Source of the DNA: Candidatus Atelocyanobacterium thalassa isolate ALOHA
GTDB taxonomy: Bacteria > Cyanobacteriota > Cyanobacteriia > Cyanobacteriales > Microcystaceae
DNA length: 32,000 nucleotides
Assembly (NCBI RefSeq): GCF_000025125.1
Contig: NC_013771.1
Coordinates: 1,410,001 to 1,442,000, forward strand
Reading direction: 5' to 3'
The notes under the pieces were generated by a model, which did not search any database, had not been told where the DNA came from, and saw only the letters and a program-made list of their open reading frames with translations. Positions within the stretch are counted from its first letter, which is position 1. Each line of letters starts with the position of its first letter. Below are positions 9,118-17,126 of this stretch, piece after piece. The position numbers and the translations under genes were made by a program.

Positions 9118-10755
9118 TTACCTGATTGAATACTTAGATGATTTATATGGTTTTAACAAAGATTTTGCTTCATAAAAATAAAGAGTTTCAACGGTCACTC
9201 CTCCCCGTTTCATATCAACTTTCCCAATTTCTTTCATCTCTTTAAAAAAATCGCGAAATTCATTAGTCAAGCCAGGCATTTCATGAAACCGCTTCAATGT
9301 AATATAAAGAGCATCCTTCCCTACTAATTGATTCATATTTGTCCAAAAAGTAAAACCTCTTCTGTCGTAACTAAAACAAGTTACAGGAATAGATTTCAAA
9401 GGTCTTAAAGCAAGGTCAATTAAACCACTTAAATAATAAGCATTTGTAAATATAAAATCAGAATTTTGTAAAGCTTCTAGCAGCATAGGTGAATCAGAGA
9501 CTTCTTCTTTAAGTTGCTTTACATTAATAAGTTCTGTAGAAGGATCGGTCTTAGTATTTAAAAATCCTCCTAAAATTGCATATCTACTTCCTTGTAACAA
9601 AAACCCTGTATTGATATGAGCTAATATTAATAGTAATAAACAACTAATTAAAACTATATTGATTTTTAACCATTTTTCTATTGTCTTTTTTGAGTTATCC
9701 TGCCATTTTTCTACATAAAAACCTAATAATAGTATCAAACTCCAAAATCCAGGCATTGGCCAGGTTGCTAAAATTTGTTCTTTGCCTCCCAAAATATTTA
9801 AACCTAGTATTAATGGTAAAGACATCCAAAGTATAAACAACTTCTTCCTTGATAAATACTTTTCATCTTCTGTTCTAATTTTATTATTTATAGATGTAGA
9901 TATTTCTGTAAATACTGTTTTTATAGTTACCCACCATAAAGGAATACCAATTGTGGGAAATAATAAACCAATATTAGTTAAAAAAGCATTAAAAATTTTT
10001 AAAACACTATAGGGTTTAGAAACATTGGGAACAGATGAAAACCGATCAAAAAGTTGAAATCTCAAAGATACCCAATCATGCTGATAATTCCAAAATATTA
10101 AAGGAAATAATACTGTAACAAAGGAAGCAAATCCAAGTAGACACCAACTTGATAGTACAGCACGACGATAAATTCGATTACTTAAACAAAATGTAAATAA
10201 ACAAAAACCTAATACAAAGCCATGATATTTACTTAAGCAAGTTAATCCAATTAAAACTCCGAGAATACTTAAGCGGTATGTAGGACGATAGTTTATATTT
10301 TTCTTAGGAAACAATTCACAAGTAGCACAGTATATAGATGCAGACCAAAAAAAGATAAGAGGACTATCAGGTAATGTTATTACTCCAAAGCCGATTTGAA
10401 AAATTGGAATAATCGAAGCAAGAATTAATGTTATTTTGGCTGTTTTTTGATTGAATAACCTTAAACTAATTAAATATAGTAAAAATAAACTTCCTGTATA
10501 TAAAAGTAATGTTCCAATTCGAAGAGTAAATGGGGAAGTAATACCTGTGAACCAGATACCGAAACCAGTTGTTAAGGATACGAATAGAGGATGATCAAAA
10601 AAACTCCAATCTAAATTTTGAGTATAGAGATAATAATACCCTTCGTCATAACCAGGAAATAACCAAAAAGCAATGATTGCACGAAAAAATAGTCCGAAAA
10701 GTAAAATATAAAAAATTGATAATTGATTGTCTGAAAAAATATTCTTTTTATACAA
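9118..10755 (-). CDS. GT39/GT83 (ArnT/PMT-like) integral-membrane glycosyltransferase
   Basis: 545 aa and polytopic. N-terminal signature FWLFPGYDEGYYYLYTQ (the DE..YY loop of the ArnT/PMT family). There is no in-frame ATG near the 5' end. The frame is open only from 10782, so TTG at 10753-10755 is the best start. Confidence 0.72.
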   Translation of the reverse strand: MYKKNIFSDNQLSIFYILLFGLFFRAIIAFWLFPGYDEGYYYLYTQNLDWSFFDHPLFVSLTTGFGIWFTGITSPFTLRIGTLLLYTGSLFLLYLISLRLFNQKTAKITLILASIIPIFQIGFGVITLPDSPLIFFWSASIYCATCELFPKKNINYRPTYRLSILGVLIGLTCLSKYHGFVLGFCLFTFCLSNRIYRRAVLSSWCLLGFASFVTVLFPLIFWNYQHDWVSLRFQLFDRFSSVPNVSKPYSVLKIFNAFLTNIGLLFPTIGIPLWWVTIKTVFTEISTSINNKIRTEDEKYLSRKKLFILWMSLPLILGLNILGGKEQILATWPMPGFWSLILLLGFYVEKWQDNSKKTIEKWLKINIVLISCLLLLILAHINTGFLLQGSRYAILGGFLNTKTDPSTELINVKQLKEEVSDSPMLLEALQNSDFIFTNAYYLSGLIDLALRPLKSIPVTCFSYDRRGFTFWTNMNQLVGKDALYITLKRFHEMPGLTNEFRDFFKEMKEIGKVDMKRGGVTVETLYFYEAKSLLKPYKSSKYSIR

Positions 10756-11139
10756 AATATAAATTAGTAAATATTTTATTAACTATATAAAGTAGTAAGT
10801 GTAGCATTCTTTATATTGATTCTGTAAATATTTATCGTTTAAAAATTTTTATAAATTTAATTGTTTATGCTCTGAGTTTTTAAAGCTTTATAAAATCGTT
10901 ATGCACAAATAGTAAATTAACTGAAATAGTTTAATTTGTTGTATGTTAATTTCTGATATTTAGAATACTTTTTACGAATGAAGACATAAATCCACAATCC
11001 CCGTAAAATGGTGTTTTTAGGTGATCTCTTAAGGCTGAATCACTATTTCATTATAAAAAATATTTTAATATTTTAGATTTTAGTAATGTTTTCCAGTACG
11101 ATGGAATAAATATATCTATTCAGTTATAAGGAAAATATC

Positions 11140-11256
11140 ATGATTGAACCCCTACTTATGGGAATTGTATTAGGACTTATTCCGATTACTTTGTCTGGAT
11201 TGTTTGTCTCTGCATATTTGCAATATAAACGTAGTAACCAACTTAACTTGGATTAA
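11140..11256 (+). CDS. petG: cytochrome b6f complex subunit 5 (PetG)
   Basis: Not in the ORF track. Translation [38 protein letters not shown] is the canonical PetG sequence pattern ([27 protein letters not shown]). AAGGA lies 8 nt upstream. Confidence 0.9.
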   Translation: MIEPLLMGIVLGLIPITLSGLFVSAYLQYKRSNQLNLD

Positions 11257-11265
11257 GTTTTTATG

Positions 11266-11309
11266 TGATTTATCAGACCCTATTATTAATAATAGGGTCT
11301 GATAAATCA
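11266..11309 (+). terminator. perfect 44-nt palindrome between petG and the PucC-family gene
   Basis: TGATTTATCAGACCCTATTATT|AATAATAGGGTCTGATAAATCA. Every position pairs across the centre, giving an effective stem of about 20 bp. It begins 10 nt after the petG stop. No T-tract follows. Confidence 0.6.
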
Positions 11310-11357
11310 ATTCTAATCATGTTCTTTTGATTAAGTTCAAGCTAAATATATAAATAC

Positions 11358-12836
11358 ATGTCTATGAAAAACACTTTCCAAACTTCAAATTCTCAATCTT
11401 TAGAATTTTTACCTAAAATCGGACTACTAACAATGTTTCGATTAGGCTTATTTCAAATGGGTTTAGGAATTATGTCTTTGCTGACTTTAGGTGTAATAAA
11501 CCGAGTTATGATTGACGAGTTGAAAGTTATCCCTTGGGTTGCAGCTGTAGCAATTGCTATGTATCAATTTGTAAGTCCTGCAAAAGTTTGGTTCGGACAA
11601 ATGTCAGATTCAAGACCAATAAGAGGATACCATAGAACAATTTATATATGGTTTGGAGCAATTTTTTTTACAAGTCTTTCTTATGTGGCACTTCAAGTAG
11701 CTTGGGAGCTTGGTCAAAGTATACAAGATAATGGTTGGGGCTGGACAAGTGATATATGGGCTATCTTGTTGGGATTGGTGTTTGCCTTCTATGGACTAGC
11801 TCTTAGTATGAGTTCAACCCCTTTCGCCGCATTATTAGTAGATGTTTCTGATGATGATAATAGATCTCAATTAATAGGGATAGTATGGTCAATGTTAATG
11901 GTGGGTATCGTAATTGGAGCTATTATAAGTTCACAATTGTTAAACACTCCTGAAGTTTGTGGACCTGCTTTAATGGCATATGATCCAACTCAAAGCTCTA
12001 AGGTAGTAAATATAGATATTTTACGAAGTACTGTTAATCCTGTTTTTATTATTATGCCAATAATCGTCTTTGGCTTATGTTTAATAGGTACATGGGGAGT
12101 AGAATCAAGCTATTCTAGATTTTCTGTACGTTCAAACCATAGTAAAAGAGAAGATCAAATTACTCTGAAGGAATCTTTAAAAGTTTTAACATCAAGCCGC
12201 CAAACCTTTGTATTTTTCAGTTTTATACTTATACTAACCCTTAGCTTATTTATGCAAGACACCGTCATGGAGCCATATGGGGGAGAAGTATTTGGGATGT
12301 GTATTTCTGAAACAACGAAGTTGAATGCTTTCTTCGGAATTGGTACTCTCCTTGGCATTGGATCGACAGGTTTTTTAATGTTGCCAAAATTAGGTAAAAA
12401 ACAAACTACTAAGATAGGCTGTATATTTTCAATAGTATGTTTTACTCTCATTATCGCTGCGGGTATTATAAGAGATGAAAACTTATTAAAATTCGGGCTA
12501 CTAGTTCTAGGATTAGCATCGGGGATTATTACAGCAGGAGCAACTAGTTTGATGTTGGATCTTACAGTTGCAGAAACTGCAGGTACTTTTATAGGAGCTT
12601 GGGGACTTTCTCAGGCAATGGCTAGAGGTTTCTCCACTGTGTTAGGTGGTGTCGTTCTACATATTGGAAAGTCAATATTTTCGGTCCCAGTTTTTTCTTA
12701 TAGCCTTGTATTTTTAATGCAAGGTATTGGGATGTTATTTGCCATTAATATTCTAAAGCATGTTAGTGTCAAAGAGTTCAAAAATGACGCAAAATCAGCA
12801 ATCTCCGTTGTTATGGAAGGAGAAATAGAAGGCTGA
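11358..12836 (+). CDS. BCD/PucC(LhaA)-family MFS membrane protein
   Basis: 492 aa and multi-TM. N-terminal block MFRLGLFQMGLGIMSLLTLGVINRVMIDELKVIPWVAAVAIAMYQFVSPAKVWFGQMSDS is typical of the PucC/BCD family. Confidence 0.8.
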   Translation: MSMKNTFQTSNSQSLEFLPKIGLLTMFRLGLFQMGLGIMSLLTLGVINRVMIDELKVIPWVAAVAIAMYQFVSPAKVWFGQMSDSRPIRGYHRTIYIWFGAIFFTSLSYVALQVAWELGQSIQDNGWGWTSDIWAILLGLVFAFYGLALSMSSTPFAALLVDVSDDDNRSQLIGIVWSMLMVGIVIGAIISSQLLNTPEVCGPALMAYDPTQSSKVVNIDILRSTVNPVFIIMPIIVFGLCLIGTWGVESSYSRFSVRSNHSKREDQITLKESLKVLTSSRQTFVFFSFILILTLSLFMQDTVMEPYGGEVFGMCISETTKLNAFFGIGTLLGIGSTGFLMLPKLGKKQTTKIGCIFSIVCFTLIIAAGIIRDENLLKFGLLVLGLASGIITAGATSLMLDLTVAETAGTFIGAWGLSQAMARGFSTVLGGVVLHIGKSIFSVPVFSYSLVFLMQGIGMLFAINILKHVSVKEFKNDAKSAISVVMEGEIEG

Positions 12837-12937
12837 TCTATTACTTGATTCCAAAATTTTACGTCTAGTGAAAGAACAAAAAAATTACCCTATTTCTATT
12901 TAAATAGTAAGTATTATAGAAATCTTCTTTTCATTAT

Positions 12938-14392
12938 TTATCCTCCCATACCCAAGCTTTCTACTAACAAAGAATTTAGAGGCATTAATATTAATAACAT
13001 TATTGATATTGAGATCAAAGCCAATATTGCACGAATATTATTCGGTTCTGTTAATTCATTAAGACTAGGTTTTTCAGTATCTCTTTGTAAAAACAAGATG
13101 AACATAATCCAATATAAAGGTATGGGGTTAGTAGGATTAAGTATAGTTACAATTCCTAATATAATTAAAGTAATAATAGTAGATTTTCTTACAGTCTCTC
13201 TCCCATAAATAGATTGAAGAATTCTTCCTCCATCTAGTTGACCTGCAGGCATTAAATTTAATGCAGTAATTATTAACCCTAACCATCCAATAATAAATAA
13301 AGGATTAATATCAATTATTGAATTTTTTAATTGATCACCCAAAATAAATTTCGCTAAGACACTAATTAAGATTGATTTTTGGAATGATTGAGTAGTCATT
13401 TGAAGTAGACTACCGGGATGAGAAAATATCAACCCGCATACCAATAAAACTATAGAGATGATTCCACTAAAAGCTGGCCCAGCAAAAGATATATCAAACA
13501 GAGTTTTTCTGTTTGGTATTAAGGATTCGAAGCGAGTAATTGCACCAAAAGAGCCAATTTCCCAAATTGGCAAAAAGAAAGGCCAGCTTAGTTTAATATT
13601 GTAAAAACTAGCTACTAAAAGATGACCGATTTCATGAAAGGCTATTATTATCCATAATGCCAAAGTTATTGGAATTACTTCATGAAATCGATTCCAATTA
13701 TCAAAAAGATCAAAACCAAGTAAAATACTAGTTTTTTCTAAACTAGTAACAACAGTTGCTAAAAAAAGAACTATGGCTAAGTTTTTCTGTAAAGTAGTCA
13801 TTGCTTTATGATTATTCGTATTAGGCAGTACTATGACTACTGGCTTACCTTCGTTCCCCTCTACTAAGAATAAACAATATTTTTCATCAAAATGTGTTCG
13901 TAATTTACTAGAAAGAAGTTTATATGTTGCATCGGGATCTCCCCTCAAGTTTCCTCTAAATATTATGCCTTCTTCGTATGGAATGCTTTCTGTTGAAAAA
14001 AAGGTATCAATGCTAAATATATTCTTCATGATTAGTAGATCTTGACTAATAATTAAAGAGCCATTTGCATTTTTGTTACTGTCTAATTTTACCTGTAATA
14101 AATCATCTTCCTTTAATTTTTCCTCTTGTTTTCTTTTAATTAATTGGCTTATGTATATATATGATAAAGAAGAAGGTAATAGTATTAAGAAAATATTTAT
14201 TAAACTGAGTTCAATTTCAAAGAATAGAAAAGCAAAAATAATGATCCAAGGAGATATTAGACTTATTAATCTTAGCCGAGAAAAAAACTTTATTCCTTTA
14301 GAAAAATTAGTTTGATTATTTATTAAAAAGAAAATTCCTATTGTTATCGTAAGGGAAAAAAAGATTAACGCCTTTTCAGATAAAGTGAGCAT
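12938..14392 (-). CDS. site-2 protease family (peptidase M50) membrane metalloprotease, EGY-like
   Basis: 484 aa. HEIGHLL (HExxH) lies in a TM segment, and NLMPAGQLDGGR is the second M50 motif. Confidence 0.8.
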   Translation of the reverse strand: MLTLSEKALIFFSLTITIGIFFLINNQTNFSKGIKFFSRLRLISLISPWIIIFAFLFFEIELSLINIFLILLPSSLSYIYISQLIKRKQEEKLKEDDLLQVKLDSNKNANGSLIISQDLLIMKNIFSIDTFFSTESIPYEEGIIFRGNLRGDPDATYKLLSSKLRTHFDEKYCLFLVEGNEGKPVVIVLPNTNNHKAMTTLQKNLAIVLFLATVVTSLEKTSILLGFDLFDNWNRFHEVIPITLALWIIIAFHEIGHLLVASFYNIKLSWPFFLPIWEIGSFGAITRFESLIPNRKTLFDISFAGPAFSGIISIVLLVCGLIFSHPGSLLQMTTQSFQKSILISVLAKFILGDQLKNSIIDINPLFIIGWLGLIITALNLMPAGQLDGGRILQSIYGRETVRKSTIITLIILGIVTILNPTNPIPLYWIMFILFLQRDTEKPSLNELTEPNNIRAILALISISIMLLILMPLNSLLVESLGMGG

Positions 14393-14452
14393 AGTTTTAG
14401 TTTTTCTATAATTATCTTAGTAAAAATAAGGAAAGTAATACAGTTAATCTTT

Positions 14453-15379
14453 CTATTTATTTTTTAATTTATCATAATGATTAAGAGCAGATTTAAGATT
14501 CCCTTGGTGAACATCTAAAAGAGATTGACCATCTCTTGGATTGATATCTGTCCAGTAATTTAAGAGTGCTAATTTTACTTTCTTATTATTATGCTCTAGT
14601 AATAAAATTGCTTTATGACGGTTTAAGTTAGTTAGATCTTGTAAGATTCGCAATGCACGATCATAAAGTTTTGAATTTGTTACTGCAACATCAATCATTC
14701 GATTTCTGTAAACTTTTCCTAATTTTACCATTACTCCAGTTGATATGATATTCAAAGCCATTTTAGTCGCAGTCCCTGCTTTTAAGCGAGTTGATCCTGC
14801 TAATATTTCAGGACCAGTTAGCAATCGGATATCAATATCAACATCTATTGAAACTTGTTCTATTGGTACACAGGCAATAGCAACTGTATGCGCAAATCTT
14901 TGTTTTGAAGCACTTAAAGCTCCGTGAACAAAAGGAGTTGTCCCACCAGCACTAATTCCCACAACTATATCTTTACTTGTTATTCCCCGCTTTATAATTT
15001 CTTTTTCTCCTTCCTGAAAACTATCTTCTAAATTTTCTGAACTTTTTATTAATGCAGAATCTCCACCTGCCATAATACCTTGTACTAATGTTGGGCTAGT
15101 GCAAAAAGTTGGAGGACACTCTACTGCATCCAAAACCCCCAATCTTCCGCTTGTGCCTGCTCCAATGTAGAATAACTTTCCCCCATTTTTTAGTGCTTGG
15201 CTTATAACATCAATGGATTTAGCTAATTCTAATCTTGCCTTATTAATAGATTTAATTGTATTAGTATCTTCTTCATTAAAAAGATCCACTAATTCTATAG
15301 AGGTTAATTGATCTAAATTTTCACTTTTGGGATTAATTTGCTCAGTTAGGAGATTTCCCCTTTCTTTTATATTTTCCAT
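14453..15379 (-). CDS. murQ: N-acetylmuramic acid 6-phosphate etherase
   Basis: 308 aa. SIS-domain block LFYIGAGTSGRLGVLDAVECPPTF plus GSTRLKAGTATKM. It lies 5 nt downstream of the DUF3110 gene, so the two are probably co-transcribed. Confidence 0.85.
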   Translation of the reverse strand: MENIKERGNLLTEQINPKSENLDQLTSIELVDLFNEEDTNTIKSINKARLELAKSIDVISQALKNGGKLFYIGAGTSGRLGVLDAVECPPTFCTSPTLVQGIMAGGDSALIKSSENLEDSFQEGEKEIIKRGITSKDIVVGISAGGTTPFVHGALSASKQRFAHTVAIACVPIEQVSIDVDIDIRLLTGPEILAGSTRLKAGTATKMALNIISTGVMVKLGKVYRNRMIDVAVTNSKLYDRALRILQDLTNLNRHKAILLLEHNNKKVKLALLNYWTDINPRDGQSLLDVHQGNLKSALNHYDKLKNK

Positions 15380-15384
15380 ATGGT

Positions 15385-15768
15385 TTATAATAACCCTTCT
15401 AGTTTATTACGCATCATGTCCATTTCTTCAGTAGACATTTGCACTTCATCAGTAACAATTTTTAAATCTTCCTCATTCTTCCATGAAAACTTCTCTACGT
15501 TTTTTTCAGGTGGAATAGCAAGTTCCTCATTGGAAATAATTTCCCAATCATAATCAGCTTGTTTGCAAAATTCTTTTATCTCATCTGAATCAAAAGATTC
15601 AATTGTTGGTACTGGAAAATCTTGAGCCTCTAAAAGTAAAGAATAGCGCATAGCATCATCCTCAGATTCAAACATTAGTATCTTATTGCGATCACCTATT
15701 TGTACTGTATGAATAGCCTCATTTTCAGTACGTATATTAAAAAGCAAGGCATACACTTTACTCATCAT
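15385..15768 (-). CDS. DUF3110 domain protein (conserved in cyanobacteria and plastid-bearing lineages)
   Basis: 127 aa. VYALLFNIRTENEAIHTVQIGDRNKILMFESEDDAMRYSLLLEAQDFPVPTIE matches my memory of the DUF3110 pattern (LLFN..T.NEGIH......N..LMFE.EDDA.RY...LEAQDFP). Confidence 0.7.
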   Translation of the reverse strand: MMSKVYALLFNIRTENEAIHTVQIGDRNKILMFESEDDAMRYSLLLEAQDFPVPTIESFDSDEIKEFCKQADYDWEIISNEELAIPPEKNVEKFSWKNEEDLKIVTDEVQMSTEEMDMMRNKLEGLL

Positions 15769-15805
15769 TTTTCCCCAATTATGTAGTAATAATACTATTT
15801 AAATG

Positions 15806-15845
15806 TTTTTAACTGAAGTTAGTCATTTTTAACTGAAATTAGTTA
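15806..15845. repeat. tandem direct repeat, 2 x 20 nt, 18/20 identical
   Basis: TTTTTAACTGAAGTTAGTCA (15806-15825) is followed directly by TTTTTAACTGAAATTAGTTA (15826-15845). It lies 38-77 nt upstream of the DUF3110 start codon. Confidence 0.7.
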
Positions 15846-15908
15846 TGTGATATGTAGATGTTAATAACAATATAAATTAATTTATACATAATAGCTTTTT
15901 GTCCTACA

Positions 15909-15947
15909 AACTAATTTAATTTTGCTGCAATCTCCATTAAATTAGTT
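15909..15947. repeat. perfect 12-bp inverted repeat sharing its core with the tandem repeat
   Basis: AACTAATTTAAT (15909-15920), 15-nt loop, ATTAAATTAGTT (15936-15947), followed by ATTTTT. The 11-mer AAATTAGTTAT occurs at 15836-15846 and at 15939-15949. Confidence 0.55.
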
Positions 15948-16193
15948 ATTTTTAAACATATACCTGAATAATTATAAAATAATTATGTAATTGTAAACTT
16001 TGAACAGATTTAATAAGTTACTGTTAGTATAGTAATAAGTAAGGTACATGGGCAGAGAGAACGTTTTAGATAGCCATCAAGTGTGGTGTGAGGTAGTTGA
16101 AGTCCTGTAAACTGAATAGTTTATTTAGGGCAAACTAAGCAAAAATAGCAGTTTGTTTTTAAGCACTGCTCCTTACACTTTTTGGAGATCAAA

Positions 16194-16907
16194 ATGGTTA
16201 ATATTTCAACAAAGTTCATTGCTTTCGGTACATTGGTTACTGTTGGTGTATTTAGTTCAGTTTCCGAAGTACAAGCTCAGCATTTCAAGTATCCAGAAAC
16301 CAGAATGATTGGTGAAGGATCTTCTTCTACAGTTGAATGGAGTAGCAATCCTGGTCCTCGTGCTTTTGAACGTAAAATTCAAAAAGTAGCTTTTGAATGT
16401 ATTCCCCAAGCTGATGGATCATATATTACTGAAGAAAAGGTAGTAGAGATTACATTTAATCCTGCTAAATATCCTGTGTATGCAGAAAATGATCTTTCCT
16501 CTCAGTATGTTGCTTTTGGAGAGCTAACTGGAATGCCTATGATTCAATGGACAGAAAATCGTCCCTCTAATCATAAGGATGGACTGTACACTGCTGAAAG
16601 CAGATGTCAAGCTGTCAGTTCACGCTTAACGAATCTTGCTTATTCTTTTGGTGCAACCACACCTGTTGAAGTTGCTCAGGAATTCAATAGCAGAATGGCT
16701 GTTGGTAAAGTTAATGGAGAACGAGTGATCTTCATTTCTAATAAACCCCAAAAAGCTGCTACTGAAAATGTAGTTTTTACACTAAAACCTCAAAACGGAA
16801 GTACATTTGCTGCTTCACAGAGAGCTTTGGCTCAATTTCAAAATTCCATATCAGGAAGTATTGGTGGTTCAGGTAACCCCAATGAATTACCTCCTATCGT
16901 AGAGTAA
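16194..16907 (+). CDS. secreted COP23-like protein (circadian oscillating polypeptide family)
   Basis: I prefer ATG 16194 over the track's TTG 16182. GGAGA lies 6 nt upstream, and the product starts with the signal peptide MVNISTKFIAFGTLVTVGVFSSVSEVQA. Family-like blocks are FECIP, MIQW, YTAESRCQAVSSRL and GKVNGERVIFIS. The family call is from memory of the COP23 pattern. That this is a real CDS is more certain than the family name. Confidence 0.6.
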   Translation: MVNISTKFIAFGTLVTVGVFSSVSEVQAQHFKYPETRMIGEGSSSTVEWSSNPGPRAFERKIQKVAFECIPQADGSYITEEKVVEITFNPAKYPVYAENDLSSQYVAFGELTGMPMIQWTENRPSNHKDGLYTAESRCQAVSSRLTNLAYSFGATTPVEVAQEFNSRMAVGKVNGERVIFISNKPQKAATENVVFTLKPQNGSTFAASQRALAQFQNSISGSIGGSGNPNELPPIVE

Positions 16908-16949
16908 TTCTTTGAAGGAAAATAATTAAATATCACTTTCCTTTTTATC

Positions 16950-16988
16950 ATCTAGAGAGTTTTTATTATGTAAACTCTCTAGATTTTA
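16950..16988 (+). terminator. intrinsic terminator of the COP23-like gene
   Basis: ATCTAGAGAGTTT (16950-16962), 9-nt loop, AAACTCTCTAGAT (16972-16984), then TTT. The stem is a perfect 13 bp, 43 nt after the stop. Confidence 0.75.
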
Positions 16989-17126
16989 GTATTTAATAAA
17001 CAATATAGTGTAAAAAATTAAAAAAGTATTCTCAAATAATATTAATTAATTATAAATGTGATGTTTTATGGATAAGCCTACATTAGAATGATTTTTAATT
17101 AATATTATTTATATAGAAAAATCTTT

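Noticed and set aside
9782-10012. 76-aa plus-strand ORF
   Set aside because: It is antisense to the GT39-type glycosyltransferase gene, a shadow ORF.
12155-12451. 98-aa minus-strand ORF
   Set aside because: It is antisense to the PucC/BCD-family gene. Its composition does not look like a membrane or globular protein.
13833-14315. Plus-strand ORFs 13833-14045 and 14073-14315
   Set aside because: Both are antisense to the M50 protease gene, shadow ORFs.
14745-14927. 60-aa plus-strand ORF
   Set aside because: It is antisense to murQ.
16020-16050. Possible NtcA site (GTA-N8-TAC) near GTAATAAGTAAGGTAC
   Set aside because: The spacing is N10, not N8, and no properly placed -10 element was evident.
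16048-16110. 20-codon ORF (MGRENVLDSHQVWCEVVEVL) in the COP23 upstream island
   Set aside because: It has no ribosome-binding site, is very short and shows no recognisable peptide features. I treated the region as possible RNA structure instead.
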